Notes: a model not told the origin generated them from the letters alone. A stretch of DNA of 64,000 nucleotides from Phoronis australis (GCA_002633005.1 NMRA01000341.1:1-64000); one strand, 5' to 3'. Numbered from the stretch's first letter, positions 13,578 through 27,340 are shown. Made by a program: numbers and translations.

Positions 13578-15013
13578 AAACAAGAGCAACGTCATTGAAG
13601 CCTTGATATCCACCCACAGTACACCATAAAGAGGTGCATATCAGCTTCATGTAAAGTACAAGGAGACAAAAATTTCCCACAAGGTGTAGCTGCTATAGTC
13701 ATAACAGACAAAAAGTGTTTATGGTACCTTGTCCTTTTAAACTAACACCAAACCAAATGGTTTAAAAAGACTTAGTGAAGTTTTCAGCATTTGCAACAAA
13801 GAAATAAAACATGCCACAAAGAGACACGCCAATAGGCATCAGATGGTTAAAACAGGACCGGTCTAGTCTACTTCTTTTCATACAAGAACAATCCTGAAGT
13901 TTCACAAAGATAGACACAAAATGACATAGCGGAAAGAGCACAGTCATGTTTATATCTGTTGAAAACTGACGGCCACTATCATTTCCAAAATAGCAATAGT
14001 CAGCAGGGGGAGCTGCAGTAATCAAATCAGCTAGAAAATCATCACATACCTCTTTCAATCAGTTCTCTGGAAATCATATGGAAACAGTCTTCCTCCCATT
14101 GTGAAAATTTATGCAAAAGTATGCAACACTTTGCGAGATATCACCATGCATTAGAAGCAAAGCACACACGTGCTCCATTAGTGGGATTCTCATGTCTACG
14201 AAATGCTATTCAGGTCAATCATGGCCACAAAGGAATGCTGCAGAGGTTGAATTAGACCAAAAATTGACTCGTCCCTGCACATTGCAATCACATACCCATA
14301 GTTAAGTTTCATAGTAATTCAAGAACCAAATCTCCGTACGTCATCTGGAAAATGTTTTTCTCCAAAAACAGATGAATGAAAAGTCCCTTAATGAGGCCAA
14401 AATGGCAACAAGATGGTGCTGAAAAGGTCGAATCCATCTGGCACCGATGCAATGTTGTCACATACCTATGTGCCCAACTTCATTCAAATACATCCATCAG
14501 TTCACCACATGATCTTTCCAAAAATACTGAAAAGTCAAATCCCAAAACATGACCAGGGATTTGTGATGTCCATCAGACAACTGGACAAAATGGCCAATAG
14601 AGGTGCTAAAGTAATCGAAATCGCATAAAAATAGACTGGTGATGGAGCATTGCCATCACATACCCGTGTCGAGTGTCATTGAAGTCCATCAAATAGTCCT
14701 GTAGAAATCATGTGGAAACACTCTTCCCCACAAAAGTACTGAAAAAGCCCACAAAAGTACAGAAAAAGCTCTTTGTCAAGGACAAACAGCAACTGGGAGG
14801 TGCTGCACTAAGAGAATCTAACCGTAAATCGATTCTCCAGATATTATCCAGATATACGCTTCCTTCTGCCCCTGAGGTGAAGGGGTAGAGGGCCCTAGCA
14901 TCGCTCTTGCGTCAAATTATGTAACAATCCAATCAGGTGATTTTGATATATCAATCAATCCCTCGCACACCTGGACAACCGGACATTTCAACATAATATA
15001 TGTGGGTGCATAA
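13578..15013 (-). mobile_element. Helentron/HINE-like repeat copy (diverged)
   Basis: aacaagagcaacg...ccttgatatccacccaca start and tgtgggtgcataaaa end, with the same internal motifs as the other copies. Confidence 0.5.
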
Positions 15014-15748
15014 AAGAATTTGTCAGAACATAAGCTTATGACAACACTCATCTGGGGAGGCTGATCAGCTGACTGAACAGCCCATGTCATTTTTCTTGAA
15101 ACTAGATATTGTTAGGTAGAGTTCCCAATTTAATGTCGACAGTATAACTGCCATGAGTAACAAATGAAGGCTGATTTACAAACAAGTTTTATCGAGTACA
15201 ATGAATATCCTGATAGACAAGAGTCTGAACTTCAAAGGATGTTCTTTTCATGGTTAGATTCTTTAGGTACATACTTAGGTAATTAGCCAATGACAGAGAT
15301 AAGTTGCTAATTAAAAATAAGCAAGATTGACCAATTAGAATGTTCTTTCAAATTGGTTGATCATTATTATGAGCGTGTGAACAAAGTTTTGAGAAATGTT
15401 TTGGATCTGGAAGAGACTTATGCTTACAACACTCTCCATGTTCTGGCGTGTGACTTATTTTCAACATGCAAACATCTTAAAAACAACTCACTTCATGCCA
15501 GAATTAGTTACTATAGCTATAAAATCATACTTTTGTGCCAGTAGAATAGCACTGTTGCCAAATTTTTGCAGATATTTTAATAGTTATCGTGCCTAACCAT
15601 CAATTCCTTCCACCAGACTTTGATGCGAAGTTAAGATGCCAAATTCGGAAATTCAACTTGGTTTTGGAAGGCAGATTTACTTCATTACTGCTTTAACACA
15701 ACAATAAAATTTTGTGATCACAAAACAAAAGAAAATATTAGTATTTAC

Positions 15749-15812
15749 CTTTGAATGATATCAGCAATTGTGCAAGCAAATATCAGTAATCCCTCTGGAA
15801 ACTGGAGAGCAA
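15749..15812 (-). CDS. DPH1: DPH1 coding exon 4
   Basis: (V)ALQFPEGLLIFACTIADIIQ(R). Canonical sites, 64 nt. Confidence 0.95.
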
Positions 15813-15992
15813 CTGAAAACAGACAAGTCTGAACAATTACAGTCATGCTAACATTATAACTCTCCATATCATTCAGAGGTCTAAACACCAAAAAATCATA
15901 CATGGACAATTTTAGCTTCACTGTTATTACTAAAAGAACTGTAAACAAAATAAAGATTCTGCAAACCAGTTACATTGATCCATTCTATTTGA

Positions 15993-16634
15993 AAACTAGA
16001 GAGTTAAGAGGGTTAGACAACACCCCACTAAACACAAACTGGAGAGTTAACAGTGTTAGACAATACCCCCATAAAATACAAACTAGAGAGTTAACAGGGT
16101 TAGATAATACCCCACAAAACACAAACTGGAGAGTTAACTGGGTTAGATAATACCCCATTAAAAACGTCAAACTGAACAGTTAACAGGGTTAGACAATATC
16201 CCACAAAACACAAACTGGAGAGTTAACAGGGTTATACAATACCTCACAAAACAAGCTAGAAAGTTAACAGGGTTAAATAAAACCCCACTAATCACAAACT
16301 GGAGAGTTAAAAGGGTTAGACAATACCCCATAAAATACAAACTAGATAATTAACATGGTTAGACAATATCCCCCAAAACACAAACTGGAGAGTTAACAGG
16401 GTTAGACAATATCCCACAAAACACAAACTGAAGAGTTAACAGGGTTATACAATACCTCACAAAACACAAGCTAGAGAGTTATCAGGGTTAGACAAAACCC
16501 CCACTAATCACAAACTGGAGAGTTAACAGGGTTAGACAATACCCCATAAAAAACTAGAGAGTTCAGGGTTAGACAATACCCCACTAATACAAACTAGAGG
16601 GTTCAGGGTTAGATAATACCCCACAAAACACAAA
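15993..16634. repeat. ~43-44-bp tandem array, ~15 diverged copies
   Basis: aaactggagagttaacagggttagacaataccccayaaaacac units. Confidence 0.9.
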
Positions 16635-17321
16635 TGCCATCTCAGTATTAGTGACTTGTTGCCAGCATGGAACACATTAAATGTTTTTAATTAAGGACAT
16701 CTTTATGAAAAAGTTTTTCCACCTCATTAATAACATTTTGTACCAATTTTTGACAAAAGATAATTGCCAAAATTGTCCATTTTTCATTTTTCAGATGCTT
16801 CTTACATTGTTGTTGTTTTTCAAAAAATATTGTTTGAAGGTAGCCATGGTTACAGAAAAAAAAAACAATAAAGCATTGATTTGTTGGTACTTATCTTTTA
16901 TTAATTTAAAACATTAGGAAATTAAACTTCCCTGAGCTGCCACATTGTTTCCCAGCAATAGTAGCTTGGAAAATGAAAATAGGACGGTTTTGTCAGTATT
17001 ACAGTGTAGTTGTGTCCAAAATTGACTGCATTAAACAAGAGCAACGTGGGGCACCTATGACTACAAAGTACACAATGTGCTTCTGATGACATTTTTAGTT
17101 TCATAAAAATAGCCATTAGATGGGCCAGAATATGCCAAACCTTTCCGAAATTGGGAAAGAGTTGTTGTCTATCTATGACAAAACTATTTGTCAAATTTCA
17201 TGAAAATCCACCAAGGACATCTAAAGTCATGCTCATGTCAGTAGGAACACATCTGCCAATTTTCATCACAATCCTTTGAGTGGTTTGGCAAACACAGAAC
17301 CAGGTAAAAAAGCAGACTAAA

Positions 17322-17440
17322 AAATAATTGACATGGTCACTAGGTGGTGCAGAATATATCAAATAATTGACATGGTCAATAGGTGGTGCAGAATATATCA
17401 AATAATTGACATGGTCACTAGGTGGTGCAGAATATATCAA
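17322..17440. repeat. 39-bp tandem triplication within a HINE-like copy
   Basis: aaataattgacatggtcactaggtggtgcagaatatatc at 17322, 17361, 17400. Confidence 0.9.
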
Positions 17441-17768
17441 ATCCATCACACATTGGAAAGATGCTGCCATCAAGGAACCCAAAATATATAGCTGCAAAGG
17501 TAAAAAATAAAATTGCTACTGGGGGCATGGCAGTACTCAAGAGCCTTTCAAAAAGTCATGGGAGCAGAGCGGTAGTCAAATCAGTCCGTAACTCATGGTC
17601 ATCTGTTGACAACATCACAGGAACACATCTGCCAAATTTCATTACGATCCTGCAAGGTGTTTGGGAAATACAGTCAGACGTCAGGCGGCCAAACACAGAT
17701 GATGGCAATATGGACCCACATGTGAGCACATTAAAAACTGGATGGCCCTTTGATTATATTTCAGTTAC

Positions 17769-17838
17769 CTTTCTTAGAAGCAGCAGACTTAATTCTCCAC
17801 ACTGTCTTATATATCTCAAAGTTGTAGTTACTTGGCAA
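17769..17838 (-). CDS. DPH1: DPH1 coding exon 3
   Basis: LPSNYNFEIYKTVWRIKSAASKK. Canonical sites, 70 nt. Confidence 0.95.
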
Positions 17839-18144
17839 CTGAAAAAAATAGAATCGTGAGACACAAAACAGGTTACACTACAACCCATAATTAACATTTT
17901 ACTAAAGAATGTACATATCACTACATACTGATAAGCCGAGCTTAGAACTGCAGTGCAAAATGCTGATGAATAATATGTTAAGATTGCGATTACACTGGAC
18001 CATTGTAGCATATCGAAATAAACTCATTCAAATCTGCAATTTATTTCCAAACATTTACTACCAGTAAAGAAACACCAACTTCAGACAAAAATAATTGCCA
18101 AAGTTGCCCTGTCTCATCTTTCAATGGCTTCTCATAGAAGTTTC

Positions 18145-19393
18145 AACAAGAGCAATGTAGAACCTTGAAATGCCTCCACATCACTGCAAACAGTGTGCTT
18201 CTAGGGGTGTTTATTAGTGTCAAAAATGGACACAGAATACATCAAATACATCCCAAAATGGATAGCTGCTATCACCATCAGAACAGAAACCTACATTTCA
18301 ATAAAAAGAGTCAAAGAACTTTGAAGATACAGAATGCAAACGTAAAAACTAAATAGCCACTAGGAAGGACAGCAGTAGTCAGAATTGTCCAATAGACGTA
18401 GGAAACCATAGCCACATAAAATATAAAACCAAATCTTGCAAAATTTCACAAAGATCTTTCAAAGGAATAAGTAGAAACAGCTGAGGAAGCAAAAAAGACA
18501 AATATTGCCAACAGGAAGCATCACGGTTGCCAAATCCATCCACAAATCAATGTCTTTTTATTAGGAACAAAAAACACACTATAAAAAACAAAAGTAACCA
18601 CTAGGTGGAGCAAATTTATATCAAATCCATAAGACCATAGAGGACTATCGTCATCTCTTTAATAGAATCCTATTTGCCAAATTTCATGAAAATCTATTGA
18701 TGAACTCCGAAAGTATAGAGGCATAATCATATGTAAACAACTAAAACTGCCACTAGAGAGCACACCAATCGTCAGATTAGACTGAAACTCGTCATTACCT
18801 TTTTTAAACTCCACAGAAACACATCTGCCAAATTTCACTAAGTTCCTATAAAGGTTTAAGGAGATACAGCTGTGGATGCAAAATGTAACAAAATATCTGC
18901 TAAGGATGCTAGAGTACTCGAACACGCTCAAAAATCAATGTCAACTGCAGTCTCTTCATCAGAAACACAACCACCAATTTTCATAAAGATCCTTCAAGCG
19001 ATTTGGCAGATATAAAGGAGGACACCCAAAATGAACACGAAAATCTAAAAAAAACCCCAAAAAACTGCCACTAGGTCACGCAGAATCAAAGACGTCTGAA
19101 AATGTAAAGTTGTTGTCTTCATAACAGAAGCCTATATGCCAAATTTCATGCAAATCCATCCAAGAATTAAGAAGATACACAGGCAACCGTAAAAAAACTA
19201 AAATTGCCATTAGGTGACATAGCGGTAGGCAGATCGGTCCAAAAGTCATCGCTTCATAGGAACACACCTGTCCAATCTTATTAAGATTCTGCAAGGGGTT
19301 TAGGAGATACAGCTGCGGACGCCAGATGATGGACAAGATGCTCAGACAGAGATGTTGGCAATATGCACCCACATATAAACATGTGGGCGCACA
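18145..19393 (-). mobile_element. Helentron/HINE-like repeat copy
   Basis: aacaagagcaatg start and terminal inverted repeat atgcacccacat-ataaac-atgtgggcgca. Confidence 0.55.
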
Positions 19394-19999
19394 AAGAAGC
19401 AATGTGGAGGTAGGTATCATACAAAACTTGAACATGGTAAAACATCTGTTGCTATATACATTATAGTTTTCAGAATAAACAGCATAATGTCGAAATTCAA
19501 CTAAGTTTCAGCCATTTATTTTTTATTTAGTTTCAATTACTAGCTACAAGCAAACCCTGGCAAATTTTTGACAGTCGTTGCTTCATACATGACACAGAAA
19601 TCACAAAAAATTACCGCGCAAATCCATTACAATTACCAGATAGATGCAATGGCGTCACATCAAACTCTGACAAAAACTGAACAACAATTTTATTGCAACA
19701 GCACTTTAATTAAACTGTCACATTAATACTAACAAGATGTTTATACAAGTTTTGAAGAGTCTGGTAGCATTCTGTTTAGTCGAGTATTTTAAAAACTAGA
19801 ATTGCTGAAGTTCATACCACAGTTTGAAATTTTTTAGTCACGTTTTAGAATTTGATCATTATTCCTTAATTGGAGTAAATTAATCATTACAATTGATAAA
19901 AAATGCAAAGTTTGTTAAAAAATTAAACAATACTTTGTAATATCAAATTGACGTTGATAAGCATGGAAGTTGTAATTTAACACTTTCTCACCAGACCAG

Positions 20000-20880
20000 T
20001 GTTGACCATAGTTGGATGTATGATGACCTTTGCTAAACGTATGACTGACATGGGTAAGATGACCATGAGTAGAGGTATGTTGGACCTTTGCTAAACATAT
20101 GACGAACATGGGTAAGATGACCATGAGTAAGATGACCATGAGTAGAGGTATGTTGGACCTTTGCTAAACGTATGATGAACATGGGTAAGATGACCATGAG
20201 TAGAGGTATGTTGGACCTTTGCTAAACATATGACGAACATGGTCAAGGTGACCATGAGTAGAGGTATGTTGACCGTGGGTAAATGTATTATCAACGATGG
20301 CTGGTAGATGTATCATGACCGTGATTAGATGTGTGATAACCATGGCTAGATGCATCATGACCGTGGGTGGATGTATGATGACCATACTTACAAGTGTGAT
20401 GACTGTGGCTAGATGTAACATGATCGTGCATAGATCCATCATGAACTTGTGGATGTATCATTACCGCGGGCAGATGTGTCATGTCTGTGGGTTGATGTAT
20501 GATGACCGTGGGTAAACGTATCATGACTGTGGTTAGATATATCACAACAGTGGGTGGATATGATGACCGTGGCTAGTAATACATAATGACCATCGATACG
20601 CAGATGTATCATGACCATGAGCAGATATATGTTGACCATGGCTAGGTGTACCATGACGGCAGTCAGATGGATCATGATCATGGGTATATTGACCAAAGGT
20701 GAACATATGTTGATCATGGGTAGATCTATTATGATGATGGGTGGACATACCATGATGACGGGTAGATGCGTCATGACCATGGCAGATGCATGTTGACCCT
20801 AGGTACATGAATGTTGACCACGGGCAGATGAATCGTGATGATGGATAGATGTATGTTGACCATCATAGATGTATGTTGAG
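20000..20880. repeat. Degenerate ~21-bp-based tandem repeat
   Basis: Recurring gatgtatcatgaccrtgggta / gaccatgagtagaggtatgtt units. Confidence 0.85.
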
Positions 20881-20899
20881 TGTGACTAATTTTACCTAC

Positions 20900-20976
20900 C
20901 TGTTTGACAGCATCTTGCAGGAGAGGGTTATTTAAAATCTCATCTGGAATTTGGTGTGCCATGCGCTTAGACAAGC
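20900..20976 (-). CDS. DPH1: DPH1 coding exon 2
   Basis: (G)LSKRMAHQIPDEILNNPLLQDAVKQ, matching the conserved QIP.EIL.NP.LQ.A motif. Confidence 0.93.
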
Positions 20977-22377
20977 CTACAAAATAAAATTACAATGTAC
21001 TGATCAAAAGAAGTATAAAAGATTTAGTGTTGCCAAGGAAAAAATAATCAAGAACAGCACAAGATGTTAACATGAACACACCACGTGCACCACAAATGGC
21101 AACAACACAAATGCTGCCCACAATTTCAAAACTTTCCAAACATTGAACAACTTAGCCTACGTGGTTCAATGGTACTCAGAAAATTGGCTGATAGATAGTG
21201 CCACAAAGAAAACAAAAAATTACCACTGCACCTGTCTGATCCACCCAATAACTGACACCAGTTGCACTCACCTTAAGAAACTCATCGGTAAGTGTTTAGC
21301 AGAAAGAGGCACAGAGCGTTTACAGGACTGTGTATATGGGTGACTATAATGGCAAGCCCAAGAAGCTCTGGGCCAGGTTAATAAATAAAAATTGGATCAA
21401 GAGTTTTTCCCATTGTCTGCAACTTGGGTAAAATGCTTTGCATTCTTTCAAAGCCTGTAAAACTTAACATATTTAGTCTTACTTCAATCAATAAGTAGAA
21501 AATGTGAATTGCTGTTTTATACAACTGACCTTATGCCCGGAATAGTTTTCTGTATACATATATGTTACTATAATAAATAAATAAATAAACATAGAGGGGC
21601 CCAAAATTTTATAAAGGTTGTTCAGCCTCCAGTCATTGACTAGAAATCTTTAATTAGACGGGAGTCATGAAGACACTAAACCATCTCCAAAATCTATTGA
21701 TTGCTCCTTTGGGAAAAGGCAAGCACTCGCAGAGCGCCTATGCTCGCATGAACTCCCGTGTTTGGTCAATTTTTTTGAAATTTGGACTCCCACTTTTGAA
21801 ATCTTGGGTAAGCCCCTGGATGTCGATCATGGGTACACTGATATAATGTTATGGCAGAAATCAAACTGTGATAGCATATAATACATCCACATTAACCATT
21901 ACGTAGGTGCATAAAAAGACAGACATTTCTGACACCAAGAGTACTCTTTCAATAGCAAGGGCAACACCAGTGAGGTGACACTCATGTTATTGTTTTCTAT
22001 TTTCATGCAAAATTATAAAATGTGCATTTTAGGTACTATACTTACTCACTATAAAAGATTCATACTTGACAATATAATATGCAAATCGGAAGCCATTGGG
22101 GCATTAGGACCATCTATTTTACCTCTCCAAAACCAGTTTTAATGTTTTGCAGCGACCACTTTGGACGCACTCCCAATACATCTGAATGTCCCGCAACCGC
22201 CACAAAAAATAGCAGACGACCTGTTAGAAACTCAACTTGTCCGCGTCTAATTTTTGGATGTCCCAGATAATTGAAAACTTGTTAATGTCAAGCTCTGCTT
22301 GCAATTATAACTCCAATACATATTTAAACAGAACTCAATAATTAGGCAGATTATTTCACTATAATTGTCTTCAATAC

Positions 22378-22444
22378 CTTTTCCTCCACAGAACACCTTC
22401 TTGTAGCTTTTAGAGGCGGAGACAACAACGGCACTCACTTCCAT
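22378..22444 (-). CDS. DPH1: DPH1 first coding exon
   Basis: ATG at 22444, MEVSAVVVSASKSYKKVFCGGK(G). The phase-1 donor matches exon 2. An acceptor (tttgcag) 9 nt upstream of the ATG implies an upstream non-coding exon. Confidence 0.75.
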
Positions 22445-24597
22445 AGTAAGTCTCTGCAAAGTAAACAAATCATTTAAACAAAAGTGAAGCACATGGCTAC
22501 AGCTAGGATTTAACAAACAGGCAGTCCAAAAGGGATTTTAACCCAGGGCTTCCATGACCGATGATAGGCAATTAAATCACCTGAGGACGCATCAGGGGTA
22601 CCCCCATAAAACTACTCATTTCAAAATAAAGCGAATAACATCAAATGAATCATGCATACATATGTATTAAGTTATAATTAATACATACCTGTAATCTGGA
22701 GACAATTTAGTCAACACAATTTGAACATGTCCATGAAAATCTGTCGAGGTTCACTCAAGCTTCCCCTGCTGATTGCCATTTTGAGGAAGTTACATGAAAT
22801 CCCTTCAGTTCATGAACAAGTCAAACAAATTTTTTATGCCTCCTGATATCTTCATGCAACTTTTTGCAAATGTCATCTGCTAAGTCTAACCACCTTTTGT
22901 GGTCTAACTCACATGACATCAATGGGGCTATTCGACAATCTTTACATTACTAGAGGGCGCTTGTGTACACTTAGGTGATAGATTAAGCAGCCTCCATTTT
23001 GCAAGCACTATAATACATGGTGAAATGGCTTGCAGCCCTGCCAACTGAATCTGAGATTGTGTGAAAAGGGGCTTCTATGAAAGGAAGTAAGCATGGTCTT
23101 ATAGAAAGGTAAGGTTTGTGATTATTCTAACGATTATTCCATGTTTACAATACTGATGCCTGTTAACTGAGGTACTGGCAGATGTCGACTTCGTGGCAGT
23201 CGCCAGTCGGGTCAATCTTTGTTTGTTGTGATGTGTGTTACGATACTTGACGTAGCACTCGGAATCTTTTCGCTCATCAAAGCAGTATTATCAGTGTTTG
23301 GAATGATTTCTAACAGGTTTATCAGTGACACTTACACCAATCAATGGTTTATGCTGTCAACTCGATATTTGTTGGTGAGGTAAAATTGCAATCCAAGCCC
23401 CAAGGGTACATGACAAATATCCATTAGACAATTTTATTTACTCCCCATCCTATGCCGTCCGGAAATGTATTACATGTTGATATGGAAATATATCATGTCT
23501 GTTTTCACCTGACCTTTGGTTTTTAGATTTGAGGGCAAGAGGAGATATGCATTGCTTCTGCAACCGTCCCTGAATAGACAAATATTGGTTTTAAGCAGAT
23601 GACTGCAGCTAACCAGCAAAATCTTCCTATCCAGTGCAGATCTGTTGTCAAGGCCAACTTTCTATATCGAACAAAACGAACAAAGCCTTTGAAACGGGAC
23701 ACCTATTTTAAAAGAAAGGTAATGTAAGTTGTTTTGTCAATTTATTTAATATTCAGGTCCTTAGGGAGAGGTTGGCATAGGGAGTTGGGGTTGTAAAATT
23801 TGGTGCTACTGAATGTGTGGAAATAACAGGTAATAGTGTCCGGGAAAAGAGCATGTTGAGGTAATTCTTAACCTTCTTGAAATTATTTCAAGTTTCATGA
23901 AACTGTTTTGCTATCCATTATAAATCCATAAAAATATATTACATTTTCTGAATTCTCAATGACTGAACAGTCTTAACTCATGCCTTGAAATGTTACAAGT
24001 CATTTATAGGTCGTATGACTGCCATTTTTGTGAAAATTGCATTTTTGCTGTGAACATACGAGTGAGGTCATATTTGAACATATTATTCTCACTGCCAATA
24101 CGCAAGCAATGATGCCTTAGGATTTTTAATTACTCATTAACAACAGAAAGAATATCCATTATTTTTTAAATGACCCAAGTATTCATATTTTCTATTGGAA
24201 GAAAAATAAAAAATCGGAGAAAGGGTTCCCTCATCTTTGGACCATAAGTGTGCTTGACAGACCCATGAATCTAATCGGTGTTTAAAATTGCTGAAAGTAT
24301 TAAAAAACAAAAGGCTTGAAAATGGGTAACAAAGGTTTGAATTTGTCTCAAATAACTTGCATATTTTGCAGACAAGTGATGCGTTTAAAGAATTGTTATG
24401 GCTAGGAATGAAAAATAAAGACGCAGTTCTATACAAATCAATTATATTATATACACCCTTGCCTTCTGGTAACAGAAATTATTTAATTTTGTGTGAAATT
24501 GTAAAGCACTTACCATATCATATTTTGGAATAACTAGGGCAACATTTTTTACCCAACCTGACGTACTTAATTATTCATGTTTCAATATTTGTTCCAG

Positions 24598-25110
24598 GTT
24601 CAGTGACATTTTTAAGGCCACTTCAAGCCGCAACATAGACGAGCTATGTTACTCCTTTCTCTTCCCATAGCATTTCCACACACCAGCAGTGCCGCATGGC
24701 ACAATGTACAAGCCAGTGGCCCTGGAGAAATGTGAATCACAGTACCAAAGGAAAATGTGCCAATGGATTGTTGTGTGTGAAGAGGTACTATATATGACTG
24801 CTACACCAGCCAGCCTCGTTGGTGAGGAGGCCCTTTCATAGGCAATGAGTCGTGTGTGGACAACAATGGCTTATTTCCTTTCCTGGAAGAAACATAAGGC
24901 ACTGAAGCTAAAGAAGACCTAGTAACACTCTGGTCTAGTTCAGGGTCAGATTTTGGGCACAAAGCGAGTCAAGTGATATGACGTTGTGTTTACCTTCAAA
25001 GATCTAATTGTGGACGTTACTGAGGCTGAATGAGGTTACAAGAAGGAAAGCCACGTGCCGAAACTGGATCTTTTTTACAAGAGCTTCTATACACCACTGA
25101 AACTCGATCT
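24598..25110 (+). pseudogene. Decayed YqaJ/lambda-exonuclease-like coding relic (transposon-derived)
   Basis: FSDIFKATSSRNIDELCYSFLFP*HFHTPAVPHGTMYKPVALEKCESQYQ...IVVCEEVLYMTATPASLVGEEA...LKLKKT**HSGLVQGQILGTKRVK*YDVVFTFKDLIVD...PKLDLFYKSFYTP. It follows the HG..YE, A(S/T)PDG, QVQGQ and KL..FY motif order of YqaJ-family nucleases. Confidence 0.7.
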
Positions 25111-25699
25111 CAGTGAAATGAAAACCAAAAACATCTGGTATAAATACCTGTCCTTTCTCACTGAGTGACAATAACTTTTCTTTTCAGAAGAATGGCTTTA
25201 TACTGATGGTAAAACTTCTCAATTTGGTACGCATTATGCGGAAATGATATTCAGTGACTGCATCGATTGTCTTATTGTCAGTAAAAAGCCTGTTACTGTC
25301 ACACTTTTGATGATCGAATAAATTTTTCATCAAAATACAAGTTTGTCACTAATTATTCAAACCACTATATTTCTTCAGTTTTAAAGCCCCATACAGAGCA
25401 GTTGTGCTGCTTCTTTATAAAGCTGAAGTCATTACCGATTACACTTGCGAATTGTCATTTTCCTGTTGGCCTACAGAAATGTCCAGCGATCAAAACAAAG
25501 TATTCCCTTTGTTTGCATTTGGTTTGTTTATGTGTGAAACCATATTTAGAGCTTTTTAAGAATGCCTTTGAACAGTTTTAAGTTTTGTGTTAACTTGAAT
25601 ATAACAAAAGTTCCACATGCACGCAAAGTATTTCAATCGTAGCTAGCTGGATAAGAATCTTCTATGCACAAGATTCGAGAATAAACAATCTAGGAAACT

Positions 25700-26952
25700 G
25701 GAAAAAATGAAATTGCCACTAGGAGGCACAGTGTTTGTTGGATCCATCTGAAAGTCGTAGTCGTTCGCTGTCAAAAACTTCATATAAATACATTGCTAAA
25801 TTTAATAGAGATCCTTCAGAGGGTTTAGAAGATACAGCCATGGGCGTAAAAAAACTGCGAATAGGAGGCACCACAGTAGTCAAGGTCATCGGAAAATCAT
25901 TGTCCACAGTACGTCCTCTTAACATAAAGAACATACAATTTCCACAATCATCCTTAGAGTGGTTTGGTTGACAGAGGGGCAAAAGACGCCAAAAACAGAC
26001 CAGAAAAACAATCAAAATGGCCGCTAGGTGGCACAAAATACCTCAAATTAATCCGAAACCGGAGGATACCGTCACCCCACTAGATGCCTATCTGAAAAAA
26101 TTTCACGAAAATGTGTTGAGGACCTTTGAAGACACAGAGGTAAATGTAAAAACTAAAATTGCTGCTAGGGGACACTCCAGTAAACCAATCCATCCGAAAG
26201 TCATCACCTGTTGTCAACTTCATATAAATACACTAGCAAAATTTAATTAAAAACCTGTAGAGCACTTAAGGGGAAACAGCCATGAGTGCAAAAATAAACA
26301 AAATTGCCACTAGCAGGTGCCAGTAGTCAAAGTTTACGGAAAATCATGGTCACAGTAAGAACATATATGCCAATTTTTACAATCATCCCTAGCGCGGTTT
26401 GGTTGATTCTGTAGAACGTTTAGGAGATACAGCCAGGGGTGCAAAAACAAACAAAACTGCCACTAGGAGGCACCACAGTAGTCAAAGTCATCGGAAAATC
26501 ATCGTCAACTGTCTTCTTCATAGTAAGACCATACATGCCAATTTTCACAATCATCCCTAGCGCGGTTTGGTTGACAGAGGGGCGGACGCCAAAACACAAG
26601 ACTCGAAAACACTAAAAGGCCACAACGTGGCGCAAACTACCTCGAATCCATCCGAAAACAGGAGGATAGCGTCATCTCACTAATTGATGCCCAACTGCCA
26701 AATTTTATGAGGACGTACGAAGATACAGAGGTAAACGTAAACAACTAAAATTGTCACTAGGGGGTACACCAGTAGATGGATCGAGGTCCGAGATTCGTCA
26801 TTCATTGTCACCTTCATAGGAACACATCTGCCAAATCTCAAGAAGATCCTGTGAAGGGTTTAGGAGATACAGCTGTGCCGTGGACGCCGGATGCACAGAC
26901 AGAGATGACCGCAATAAGCAAATAATGCACTCACATAATGTGGGCGCATAAA
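25700..26952 (-). mobile_element. Helentron/HINE-like repeat copy
   Basis: Clearly similar to 4330-4800 and 5850-6146; ends atgcactcacat-a-atgtgggcgcataaaa. Confidence 0.6.
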
Positions 26953-27266
26953 AATGAATGGCGACCAAAAAGTGGAGTTTGAATTCTTCACCATAGTCAT
27001 CTTACTTTCCACAGACAGGCTTCATCAAAGATATGTGTATAACCAGAGAGGATCGCTGAAGAAAGCATTAGTAACCAATTTTTAAGCGACAATTGTCTTT
27101 TGACGAGGACCTCCACGGTGGTCACTGTCTAACGAATGTACACGGTGACTGATGTCGGCTCTAATTGCCTGAGACAAAGTCTACAGTAGACACTATTATT
27201 CCGGTTTCTTGTTCCGACGACTTATTTCAAGGTCAAGTTGACTCAACAATTACTACTCTCACTTAC

Positions 27267-27340
27267 CTAATTTATCAAGACGAACAATTTCAAGTGTATC
27301 ACTTGGCAAAAACCTTTCACATGTTGTTGTCAATTACGTT
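27267..27340 (-). promoter_or_regulatory. Candidate non-coding first exon / TSS region of DPH1
   Basis: Consensus donor AG|GTAAGT on the minus strand at 27266-27261, coinciding with a shift from CpG-poor to CpG-rich sequence. The 5' boundary is a guess. Confidence 0.35.

Noticed and set aside
15993-16634. Interstitial telomeric repeat (gggttag)
   Set aside because: Only one such word occurs per ~43-bp unit, with no (TTAGGG)n run.
19915-20880. His/Met-rich ORFs
   Set aside because: They derive from a degenerate tandem repeat in a DPH1 intron.
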